From Psammoneis japonica (lineage: Eukaryota), in assembly GCA_008632985.1 (NCBI GenBank), contig QPGO01000035.1, positions 1 to 48,168 of the forward strand: a stretch of 48,168 bases of DNA, written 5' to 3'. The number at the start of each line of letters is the position of its first letter. The first letter of the stretch is position 1. Below are positions 11,236 to 22,100 of this stretch, in pieces. Under the pieces are notes generated by a model. It was given only the letters and a program-made list of their open reading frames with translations, searched no databases and was not told the origin of the DNA. The translations under genes were made by a program, and so were the position numbers.

Positions 11236-13339
11236 ATGGCGAAGTCAAACGACAGGGCTCAAGTGATCGCTCGGCTTCGTCCCAAGAGCAAGAGCGAGCA
11301 AGAAAACGGTGTGTCAAATGCATGGAAGATAGAGGGAGGAACGTCTATTGTAGAAAAGGTCCCAAAGAGGAAAAAGCCACCCAAGAAGTATGATTTCGAC
11401 CGTGTCTTCAATGGCGAGGAAACAACTCAATTTGTCTACGAGAATTCCGCTTGTAAGGAGACTGTGGCCAAAGCTCTTTTAGGGGAAAGCGGTTGCATTC
11501 TCGGATATGGACAGACTTCATCAGGAAAGACTCACACTCTCGTGGGCTCGGCTGATGGTCGTGACGGTGTTGTTCAACTGGCCTTTGCGGACATGCAAGC
11601 CAAGTCCGGTCACGCATCTATTATCCATTTGAGCATTCTCGAGGTGTACAATAAGAACGTCTACGACCTTTTTTCAAAAGAGAGAAAAGCGATAGCAAAT
11701 AAGTGTGATGGAGGGAAGATAGCAAATAAGTGTGATGGAGGGACGCGGGTACATGTCCCCAACTCCAAGGCACTGAACGAGGCGTTGCAAAAGGCTATGG
11801 CCTCTCGAATATGCAAGAAAACGAAGTTGAATGACACGTCATCTCGAAGTCACTGTTTGTTGATGTTCGATATCCGCAGTCAAGCAACGCCGCTAGAAAA
11901 AGAAAATCAAGGTTTGGGAAATCTGCAAGTCAGGGCTTGCAGAGCAAAGCTAGCCATTGTTGATTTGGCAGGTAGCGAGCGAATGTACGATGGTAAGGAG
12001 GACGGGCTCGCCAAAGAAGGAATCGCAATCAACAGGAGGTACGTCCCACACAGATATCCTTCCCTGCCACAAGTGCCTGACTCAAAAACTCATTGTTCTT
12101 GTCTTGTTGCACCGTCCTTCCTCTCTTAGCTTGTTGGAACTCAGACGGTGCATCAGTGCAATTGCCAATGGCAATGCGCGAGTGCCGTACGATGATGTGT
12201 TGCCGAATGCCCTCAAGCCTTACTTCTCTGGAGACGGAAACATTACCACAATTCTTTGCGCAGCTCCTGGGGATCCCAACGTGACTGACACCAAGCAAAC
12301 CTTCGATTTCGGCTCAGATTGCAAGAAAGTCAAGACATGTCCAAAGCAGAAAATTGTTTTGGCAGATCGAAGCATCTTTGATTCGAACGAAGACAAAGGC
12401 ATCAGCTTTCGTCAAGAGACGATGCACCATACTGTTTCACTCTCTGAACACCATCATGTTGTGAGTGAGAAGGAAAGGCTTCAATCCGAATGTGAGAAGC
12501 TTCGCCAGGAATGCGGCGGACATGAATCTGTTTTGTCGCAGAAACAACAGCTTGAGCATGATCTTTATGAGGCCCAGCGAATGCTAAAGGCAGAAAAGAC
12601 CAGTGGCTACGAGAAGGACAAGGCGCGAGTGGAGCTTCAATCTGAAGTTGACAGGCTTCGCCAAGAATACCAGAGTCTTGCGAAAGCGGAAGCTCGTCGC
12701 AAAGAAAGACGCGCGAAGACAAACAAAACGAAAAAAGACGCGCCCGGCAGGACAGCGGATGAAGTAAAAAGTCTTGAGAAGGAAATTGAGAGATTGAAGA
12801 AAGAAGCCCAGCGAAGGGACAGGGAATCAGAATCCAATTTTGATCGGCTCGTGCAGCAGCAGCGAGAGATAGCACTTTCGAATGATAGTTTGGTGCGGCG
12901 AAACAAACTCTTGGAGAAAGAAGCAAAGGAGAAGTACTTACGTTTCTGCGAACACCTTCGAATCAAAGATGAAGAAAATGAGAGACTCGCCATGGACAAT
13001 AAGCGGCTCGCCATGGACAAAGCTGATCTCGAAGAACAGATGAGGATGGGCTACGAAAACGCCACGAAGAAGATCGAACGCTTCAAACGAGAGTGCGAAC
13101 GCATGGAGGAAAAACACATCGAGGAGGTCGAAGGCTTGAAAGATAAGATTAAAGAGTTCGAAGACGAGTTGAACGTCATGAGAGCAGAACGCCTCCGCCG
13201 CAACCACACACGCGTCAAGGGATCCCTAGCACGCGTCATTGATTCCAGTGATGATGATGATGATTCCATCCCGGACTTATCGAATAATGACGATGATCAT
13301 TCCTTCGTGGACCTCACGAGGTGCGATGATGATGAATGA
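11236..13339 (+). CDS. Divergent kinesin (N-terminal motor, coiled-coil tail); intron 12039-12129; ~670 aa
   Basis: ARLRP, YDFDRVF, P-loop GYGQTSSGKTHT, LEVYN, NDTSSRSH, VDLAGSER. Splicing GT(12039)..AG(12129) restores INRSLLEL. Confidence 0.92.
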
Positions 13340-13584
13340 AGGAACGAGTTTGTTTAGTACAAGTGATGGCGACGACTCCTGTAGTAGTAGATTGTTTTTT
13401 AGCCATCATGCTTTTGGTGAGCAACTAATCCTCGCGCGCAATAGTTGTTTGTGCCTCCTTCCATCGCGCCAGTTCAAACTGCTGTAGGCGACACGTTGTC
13501 TTGGAAAATTTTCAAACCGCGCCGTTCAAACCGCCCTCTCTATTAGCAAAGAGGTGGCGCAGACACTGTTCGTGTGCTGCAGAA

Positions 13585-14340
13585 GGCGAGCTCCGAAGTG
13601 ATCGCAAAGAAGCTTTGGCATCGATTGGCTTTGAATGGGGCAAACAGAAAGACCCGCATACTGCACCTAGACCTGCTCTTGACGAAGAGGCATGGAAGCG
13701 ACGAGCAGGCAGTTGTTCCCGCAGAAGCATCAGAACATGCTGAGAAGGATGAATACCTTGAAAGAAATTCCTCTCGAGACAAACAAAGCAACGAGGAGAG
13801 AGATCCCTCCAATGACGTCCCTGCAATCAGAATGACGAACAAAGCAAGAGACGAAAACTCGACGAGAACGGGGAACGAGGCGACGATGATGAAACGGCAA
13901 CGAAAATACCCCCTCAGATGAATTGCGTCGTAAACCGGCACCCCGTTACGAGGATACAAGGAAGCAAAGATTTGGAGAGGTAAACTCATACATGACAGAA
14001 CACGGCCATTGTCGCGTTCCGCGGAGGTCTAAGGAAGACCCCGCCGTTGGGAGTATGGATCAAAAAGCAGCGAGCTCGATACCGGGGGACGATCAGCTGT
14101 TCGAAAAGAAGCCTTGGATTCAATTGGCTTTCCCTGCAAATTATAGTCACATGGCACGGAAGTTCATTATTGAAAACGCCAAAGTCCTCAATGATCGATG
14201 AGAAGCTTTTGATTCGATCGGCTTGGAAGTCAGGGAGCGTAGCACGAGCGTGAAGCCAACTAGAAAATGCGAGGTAGCACAACGCAGTTAACTCGACCAG
14301 GCAGAATAGCGTTGGGATGGAGCGTTAGAGGGTCTATGAA
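13585..14340 (+). pseudogene. Rearranged, internally deleted remnant of the HA-domain gene
   Basis: Contains GELRSDRKEALASIGFEWGKQK...LDEEAWK, one N-terminal repeat unit, RRKPAPRYEDT...HGHCRVP and GVWIKKQRARY, with frameshifts and no start. Confidence 0.85.
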
Positions 14341-14356
14341 GCGTTATTGGTAAAAC

Positions 14357-15349
14357 TTATTGGACATATGATGCCACAACGTCGTCCGCGAGATTTTCAA
14401 TCTGATATTTCAAGGACTTTAGATGTTCGTTCGCGGAGCGTCTGTTGCAATGCTTATGCTCATACAAGAGAAACGGTGGGAGCTCCGTGCCAATGTCACT
14501 ACGCATGCTTTCAACGATTTTACAGTCGAGACCCTCCGTGTCGATGAGAACAAATATTGTGTTTTTGGACTGAGCAAGAAGCTCCGAGAAGTTGAGCACA
14601 TTTACGCGAGTTTCAACAATGTAGTCTTCTATATCCAACCCAAACTGCTTCCATTGATTGCTTTCCTTCATTACAATGTTTTTGTCAAAGGAAGAGATTT
14701 GAGTCACCCACGGCGGGAACTGCTTTCCACTATTGGAATCGTAACCGGTGTGGACGTCAATGGTCTCATTTATCGCATAGAACAGCAAATCTTTATCCTC
14801 TTTGTCTGGAACGACACCGGCGTGAACCGTCTTGAAAGTGCACAGAGAGCTGTGAGCCTTGACATTTTTTTCAAGTTCAGAATAGTTAGGAGGCGATGCC
14901 TCAATCATTGTGTATTCGATGCGAGCTTGTCGCAGCTCTATTGGTAGGCTTTCCAACAAAGCAGTGATGCCCTTGGCGAAGGGATCGTTAGCTTCCCAAC
15001 CTGTATGCGCTCCAATTTGCAAAATACGCAAGACTTCTGACTTTTCCTGTAGCACTTTGTTCATCATTCCCATCATGTGACTTACAAAGCCTCTTTTGCA
15101 AAGGCTCATCCACACCGGCCCGTATAAACCACCAGTGCAAACAGCCTCAGTGCCTCGCACGAAGGCAGCCGCATGTTCCGTTGTCATCATATTTGTAGGA
15201 TTATTGATCGACGCAATCGAGTTGACCTGCATGTCCATGTGAGGACGAGTCCACAAGAGCAACAAAAGGAGACCTACAGAAATAGTCCAAGCTCTGAAGA
15301 AGCGTCTCTTTCGACCATACTTCCTTGTATTTTCCATCATGACAGTCAT
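14357..15349 (-). CDS. FkbM-like SAM-dependent methyltransferase with N-terminal membrane anchor
   Basis: 330 aa ORF with TM segment ISVGLLLLLLW and motifs ILQIGAHTG, IEASP and LIDTEGLD. Confidence 0.8.
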   Translation of the reverse strand: MTVMMENTRKYGRKRRFFRAWTISVGLLLLLLWTRPHMDMQVNSIASINNPTNMMTTEHAAAFVRGTEAVCTGGLYGPVWMSLCKRGFVSHMMGMMNKVLQEKSEVLRILQIGAHTGWEANDPFAKGITALLESLPIELRQARIEYTMIEASPPNYSELEKNVKAHSSLCTFKTVHAGVVPDKEDKDLLFYAINETIDVHTGYDSNSGKQFPPWVTQISSFDKNIVMKESNQWKQFGLDIEDYIVETRVNVLNFSELLAQSKNTIFVLIDTEGLDCKIVESMRSDIGTELPPFLLYEHKHCNRRSANEHLKSLKYQIENLADDVVASYVQ

Positions 15350-15499
15350 GTCATCGAGATTGGGGGATTGTTTGAGGCCGCAGGCTGCAGGCTGTCGCTA
15401 CTACTCTCTAGTTCGGCGTTCGGCCGTCAAAATGTGAGGGGGGAAACGAGAACCGTTATATATTTTTCAGGACTGTAGGGGAATGAAAGGTACGAAATT

Positions 15500-16600
15500 T
15501 TGTCAAATCACTTGCACTGACTGCTGTGCAGTGTCGGCATCATTGCTGGGCTAATGCAGGCCCCCTTGTGTTGTTGTCTGTTCAGCAGATCATGCTATGA
15601 AGCAAACCAGGTGTTGTGAAAGGAGCTCCAAATCTCTCCTGGACAGCACTCTGTACAATTTGTGAACCTTGCTGCACTTCAACCCCACACAACTTCCTTC
15701 TCCCCGGCTCGGTCATGTTTTGTCCTCTTGCTGTGTTTCAACAACAAGGCATGGGTGAAAAAAGTTCCCCAGCTCCTTTGAAGTGACACTTTTTTCATTG
15801 TCACAATCTGACCAGCTGGTGTGACAGCCAAACAACAAGGCACAAGTGCCACACACCTCTTTTTTTTTTGCACGACAATCCTCTCCTTGCTGAACTTTGC
15901 TGCAGAGCCTCTTTGGAAAAAAGAGCAGAGAAAAAGAACAAAGACAATGACCAGGCAGCATGGTGCCAACTGTGCTGGAAAAGTCATGTGGGCCATTGGC
16001 GGGCTTCACAAATGCTGCGACCTTCCCCACGAGCAGCTTTGGCTGGCTTGGTTGGAAACATGTTGGGTGGTGCACAAAAGAGGGCAAGAAAGCCAGCATG
16101 CCTCCTGTGAAATGAAATCCTTCTGAGCTGAGAGAGATGTGCAAAACTGGGTTGTTTTGCTTTGCCTGTGCGGCATGAGCTCTTTCGAGAACGCTCGCCC
16201 TTTGACTCCAACGTGGCTGGGGTTGCAAAAAAGAATTGTGTGGGTCATTGCAGGTTTTTGTTTCTTGACCAGATCTCAAAAAGGGGTGGCTCCACCAGGT
16301 GCTTCTCACTTTGCTCCAGTGTGGGCTGCTGTGCACGGCAGGAAGTTGGTCAAGGGTGAAAGTGCCATGGCTGCACACAGCCAGCTGGCGCCCCCCATCA
16401 CCAGAGCACAAAGAAAAATGCAAAAACATGACCAGACCTTCTGTGTTCACTCCTGCTGGGTCAGGAAGGATGTGATGTCATTCTCACCTGTGCCGCTGTC
16501 CCACCGCAGTCTTGCACAACAATTCATCCATCCATCGATCCAGGGCAGAGATGGGGGCGCGGGCGGGGTGCGGGCGGGCGGGCGCGGCATGAAGAATCAT
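15500..16600. mobile_element. Non-autonomous hAT-derived element between divergent genes
   Basis: Homologous to 4040-4900 and 7030-7850; TA-void interior; GC-rich gcgg-repeat end at 16553-16588. Confidence 0.55.
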
Positions 16601-16700
16601 CATCGTCTGCTTGTTGCACGCGCGAATCATCAACGTGCGATACGCGGCCGCCAGTTTCGAAGATAGCCTCATCATGGAGTGTGATGAGTGATGAACGACA

Positions 16701-18971
16701 ATGAGCATCACTGAGGATGTTACAGAAGCACTAAAATCGGCACGATACAATGATTTAGTTCACATTAATGTGTCATTGGAGGATGATGATCAGCAAAGAG
16801 AAATTATTCTGCGAGCCTCATTGGATGCCGAGAACGGAGGCATTCTGTGGAACCCGTTGAAGCATGACAGCTCAACGATGATGAAACACCACTTGCGCAC
16901 CAAAAGATGGTTCTTTCCCATGCTCAATGATCACCGACGAAATCAGCTTTATGACAAGGCCATTCGACTGGCAAGTGAAGATGTTGTGCGACGATTCTCT
17001 TCCTCTGACGAAACACCTGCTGACGAACAAATTATTACTGGACTCGATATCGGATCGGGTACGGGTCTGCTGGCCATGCTATCCGCAAAACATATCCATC
17101 AAGGTTTGACCAACCTGGCAGCCGACAAGAAGACTTCAGTAGAGATCAAATCCTTGGAAATGTCGAATGCAATGTCGCAAATTGCACAACAAACTGTACA
17201 GGCTAATCAGCTCGGCCACCAAATTCAAGTGCTGGAACGCCATTCATGTGAAATGGATCCTCTCCAACGAAAGGCACATTTGTGTACCTCCGAATTACTC
17301 GAGAGTAAATTGTTGGGAGAAGGATGGTTGCCAGCCATGCGAGATGCGTGGGAGAGGCATTTGCATCCTCAAGCCATTGTTGTGCCACAGCGGGCTCGTC
17401 TGTATGCACAAATTGTCCAAGGAGATAATAGTCTTTGCAACTATTGGGGACCGCATCAGGCTGTCAAGGGATTTCCTGAGAATCGACAGTTGAAACTATG
17501 GTGTACAGGAGGAGATGGAAATGACGAATATCTGTTACAATCGAATGGATTTACCCTGGAGATTCACGCAAAACAGTTGCTTGCCGACAGAGACAATCCT
17601 CTCAGACTATTGTCAGATCCAATTCCTATTCTTGATTTTGATGTTACTTCGAGGGAAGCGATACCTCCAACAGAGGGACGGACGAAAACGGTAGAAGTTT
17701 CCCCGATAGCTAGCGGTAGAGCTCAAGGGGTGTTGTATTGGTGGGAGCTAGATCTGTACGGGGACAGTCTCACTTACAGCACACATTATCACGAGGAGTT
17801 TCAAGATCACTGGCATCAGTGCCTCTTTGTCTTTGCAAGGGCGCCAGAGGATTGTGCGGAGATGATTGCAGGGGAATCAGTCATTCTAAAGGCAATGCAC
17901 GACGACTCGAATATACACTTTGACGTTTCCTCCTTTAAAGAGAAAGAAACCTCCGCCTCCGCAAAGCGCTTGAAGCCCAATCCAGCCGATAAAAAACCAA
18001 CGATATCACCAGAGCGCGCTTGGCAGCTGAATGATCCGAGGCGTATGGGCACAATAAGAAATGGGATATCATTTGCCATGCAACAGGTTGGAATGAAAAC
18101 GTCGATTGTTTTGGATGTATCCGATTTTTCGCTGGGAGCCGTAATGGCTGCCTTGCTTGGAGCTCCAAAAGTGTACTCCATCGAAAGCAGCTCCGGTTCG
18201 TTGCCACTGGCTGCGGCTCGAATCGCTCAGCTAGCAAACGACCTTCCATTGGACAAGGCAGATCCCAGTAGCTTTCAGATACTACAATGTCATCCTGAAC
18301 AATTGACGACACGTGAATTCGAAGGAAAGCAACCAAACATTGTTGTAGCCGAGCCATACTATGAAGTATTGGAAGGTTGGCATTTGCAAGAAGCTCTCAA
18401 CTATTTTTACATGCTTCGTGCCTTGAAGAGAAGAGGTGTTGTCAGCGCCACTGCTCTGTCCGTACCGGCTTCAGCATCCATCATGATTTGTGCATTCGAG
18501 TCATCCGAGATTGGCCGCGCTTATAAGTATTGTGACGAGGAGATCTGTGGATTTCAACACGACGCAATCAATGCCAACGCACCTCTGTTTGATCACGACA
18601 TTGTAATTCCTTCTTGGCAATACGACATTACGCCCTTGACAAAGCCTGTTGCGGTTGCCACGATTGACTATCAGGCTTGCCAAATCACGCAGGGTTCTAC
18701 ACCCGAGAAAGTACCAATTATGACAAGTGGGACTTGTTATGGAATGCTGGTGTGGATAGATTGTGAGATACCACAAGAAGGTGTAACGAAGGGTGTCTTG
18801 TCCACCCGAGGACGTTGTCACCAACAGATTGTACGTTTGCTAGCGCCCCCCGTTGAGGTTAGCTCGACCGATGTTCTTGAAAAGAACGCTGCGTTTTCTT
18901 GCCGATTTGTACTCAACAAGAATGACGACGAGGACTATGACTTCGAGTTTGGTGTTAACCTTGACTCGTGA
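16701..18971 (+). CDS. PRMT7: Protein arginine N-methyltransferase 7-like (two PRMT modules)
   Basis: MLNDHRRN, LDIGSGTGLLAML, double-E loop SELLESKLLGEG, DHWHQ loop typical of PRMT7, and a second degenerate module with AEPYY. Confidence 0.85.
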   Translation: MSITEDVTEALKSARYNDLVHINVSLEDDDQQREIILRASLDAENGGILWNPLKHDSSTMMKHHLRTKRWFFPMLNDHRRNQLYDKAIRLASEDVVRRFSSSDETPADEQIITGLDIGSGTGLLAMLSAKHIHQGLTNLAADKKTSVEIKSLEMSNAMSQIAQQTVQANQLGHQIQVLERHSCEMDPLQRKAHLCTSELLESKLLGEGWLPAMRDAWERHLHPQAIVVPQRARLYAQIVQGDNSLCNYWGPHQAVKGFPENRQLKLWCTGGDGNDEYLLQSNGFTLEIHAKQLLADRDNPLRLLSDPIPILDFDVTSREAIPPTEGRTKTVEVSPIASGRAQGVLYWWELDLYGDSLTYSTHYHEEFQDHWHQCLFVFARAPEDCAEMIAGESVILKAMHDDSNIHFDVSSFKEKETSASAKRLKPNPADKKPTISPERAWQLNDPRRMGTIRNGISFAMQQVGMKTSIVLDVSDFSLGAVMAALLGAPKVYSIESSSGSLPLAAARIAQLANDLPLDKADPSSFQILQCHPEQLTTREFEGKQPNIVVAEPYYEVLEGWHLQEALNYFYMLRALKRRGVVSATALSVPASASIMICAFESSEIGRAYKYCDEEICGFQHDAINANAPLFDHDIVIPSWQYDITPLTKPVAVATIDYQACQITQGSTPEKVPIMTSGTCYGMLVWIDCEIPQEGVTKGVLSTRGRCHQQIVRLLAPPVEVSSTDVLEKNAAFSCRFVLNKNDDEDYDFEFGVNLDS

Positions 18972-19199
18972 GGTCTGGTGAGTTCGTTGTGACAGGGAAA
19001 ACGGCCGTGTCATGGACTAAGAAATAGATTAAGAAGCAGGATGCTGAAAGGAAGATGTTTTGAATTCAACGGCAGAACGAATTACAGTGCACCACTGAAT
19101 TGCAACTTTAGAAGCCAAGGTTCGACAGGTCACGTCATGGAGAATGTGCATGGCCGAATGGTCATCACCGGATGACTGTGGTTTGTCTCATGGGCATCA

Positions 19200-22100
19200 A
19201 CCAATTTAAGAGAGCATCGCCATTGGTGACAAAATACTGTGTGGGTGACTCAGAGACATTCCCCATGTCTTCTGTGCATCACTCGTTTGTTGCCTGGTGT
19301 TAGTTGTGACCAGGAGCCTCAAACCCCAAAGACAAACCCCCACAGATGTGCATCTTGCTTGGTTTCATCTTTCTGTGGGATTGCTTGCTAGAGAGTGGCC
19401 CATCCCAGAAATCAATCATGACCTGAGCACAAAGTGCAGCTTCTGGTGCATCTGAGAGTGATTGCTCAACTCAAAACACATGATCAACTGCCACAACAGC
19501 ACTCAGCAGCCTTGGCACTCTTTCCAAAGCTGATTGGCTGTGTTCCATTGCATTGTGGTGCCATGGTGAGATGGCACTGCATTTTGAAGAGTGAACACAT
19601 GTGTTTTGTGGTCAAGAGCACACCAGCATGTTGCTCTTTGATGGGTCACTCGTGGCCACCTGTTTTCAGTTTTGCATCTCATTTTCAAGAGTGAAATGAA
19701 GTGATGGTGGACTCAAAAGTGATTTTGGCACTTTGTCAGAAATGTGTGGATGCAGATGTGGACAGCTGAGCTGGCTTCAGCGAAGGGCCAACATTCTGAG
19801 TTCATGTGGCGGGCCTGAAAAACATTGGTTTTTTTGCTGCTTTTGAATTTTTGAGGCACTTTGAAGCAGCAGGGGCAGGATTTGTTGGGTGATGCTGTGA
19901 CTCGAGTCTGCACCTCTTTGAGAAGGTTGCTCTTTGGAAATCATGACACATGATGACTCCTGGGCATGACCGTTGCTCAACTTGAAACTCAACAGCACCC
20001 CTGTGCTGGAGTGACTTTTGTGTGACAAGCATGTGGACTTCTTCCCCGTGTTGGATTTGTTTGGTTGTGAGTTGCTGCAGTGGTTGTGCAGCATGGCTCA
20101 AGAGTCAAAGCCCGAAAAGGCTGCTGCAGATTCTAGACGGAGCACAGAGCTGTGAACATTTTGGGCAGAATTTTGCTCACATTGGAGCTCAACAATGCAG
20201 CTGGCTGCTGAGGTTGCTTCATGGCACAAGAGCTGCAGCAACTTTTTTGCACATTGGACTTGTTTGGTTGTGCACTGCTGCTGTTGTGATCAAGCAAGCT
20301 TGATTTGGCACAGCTTGTTGGCAAAGCCAGAGATTTAAAGAAAACTGCAGCATGATGGGGGCTGGGCATCATTGCTCAGCTGGGCACTCAACAACAGCTG
20401 GGGTGACTCATTTGTGACAATTTGGGGCAAAGCCCTGGCAGCATCTGGCAATGATGGTGCACTTCAACACATTTGTTTGGAAGCACCACTGCAGAGGATT
20501 CAAGAAAGAAGCTGGGACTTGAGGCACCTGAAAATTTGAGAGATGGTGTGGTCGGAGGAGGAGCTGCTTGATTGCAAACAATGTGCAACACCTGCACAGC
20601 ACCACAAAACAAGACCAAATTTCTGGAAAAAATCAGGCTGGTGTCGGCCGCATGAACCACCAGACTGCACAGCATCATCATCAACATTGTTCTTTGGACG
20701 GAGTCAAAATGAGCCACAACACAAAAAAACATCCCCATCTCACCAGCTTGTCTGTGCCATCATGCAATGGCCCTGGCAGCATCAAACATTCATCAAGTGA
20801 AGCAGAAATCACTCAAACCGCACTTTTGTGAATGTCTTGACAAGCTCTGTTTTCAACAAGAGGCAGGACAGATGCCCCAATGGGAGGAACACTCAGCTGA
20901 AACTTGAGAAAGATGCACTTCTCTCCTCCGATCTCATCTTTGGTGCACACAGAGCACATCAGCACCAAAGCCAATTGGTGGACACACCAAGGGGTGGCTC
21001 AATGCACTGTGGGACATTCCTGTCCTTCTCACCTTGCTTGTCAAAGTGTTGTTCCAAGTCCAAGAAGAGAGCAAGTGGAGCAAGTGCAATGTGAGGGTGT
21101 CACTGCACATGACAGTCAATGCATGACACTCTTGTGGGAGGTCCTTTTGAATGTTCTTGTGTCAAAAAGTCAAAGTTGCCATGAGTGGCAACCCCAATGT
21201 GGTGAGTGCTTGGGTTCCAAGCATGGGTGCAATGAGCCAAGTTGTCTCCCTGGTGAGTGGTGTGCCAACCCATCAACTCCTCTTGGAGCCCCACATCTCA
21301 AACAGCCACTTTTTGAATCTTGTGCCCATGTTTCACAGCACAGTTTTCAAACCTCCCCATTGTTGGATGAGATGAAATGCTCCACTTCCTTGTTTTGTTC
21401 AAATTCATGAGAGCACATGACAAAATTGCATGCGTGGCTTTACATCTGCTGGTTTTTGGAAACAATCAGCCCACCTGCCTGATCCTGGACTCTGTCAAAC
21501 ATTTCTTGAGCCCATTCAATGACAATGTGGGCAGGAGCTCCAAGACTGTTGTTTGCCCCAGCTCCCCATCCTGGTGAGTGACATGCTCCCACACATTGCA
21601 CTCCAACTTGGCCCACCCAATGGCACTTTCAACCCAGGCATCCATGCTGTTGTTGACAGCACCGCTGCCCTCACATGCAGCAACAGCAACCAATGTCAAG
21701 ATGCCCATCCAGGGCTGCAAACACATCATCAATGCCGGAACATCAAAGCCCACAGTTGCAAAGAACATCATTGGGCATGGCCTGCAAGAGACATCTGTCA
21801 TGAACAAAGTGATTGATGCTTCACTTGAGAATGGACACATCTTCCTGATGCAATGAGTGATGGCCATCATGAATTGTCCTTGCCCCAAAACTTCATCAAG
21901 AAGATGTCACCAACATTGAAAACTTTGTCTGGCGACTCTGTGTCAGCCACATCAATTTAAATCAAGTGACAAAAGCAGCATCATGCTGTGCCCCACATTG
22001 CAATGATGCTGCAGAGCATGGTTTTGGCTTGGCATCACATTTCTTCCTCCTCACTGCATTCAGTGGGTGCCACCAAATCAGGATGGAAGAACCATCAGCC

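Noticed and set aside
11957..13339. Separate 460-aa gene (likewise 42313-43596 and 43609-44286 as two genes)
   Set aside because: These are exons of spliced genes; canonical ~90-bp introns restore the conserved motifs.
3046..15349. Classical RIP (CA->TA) acting on the downstream copy
   Set aside because: The TA-rich copy has the intact ORF, proper stop and Tyr residues, and the TE relics lost conserved Tyr (SGYHQ->SGCHQ), so TA is ancestral.
16553..16588. G-quadruplex or GC-box promoter of PRMT7
   Set aside because: More simply the subterminal repeat of the adjacent element; no functional support.
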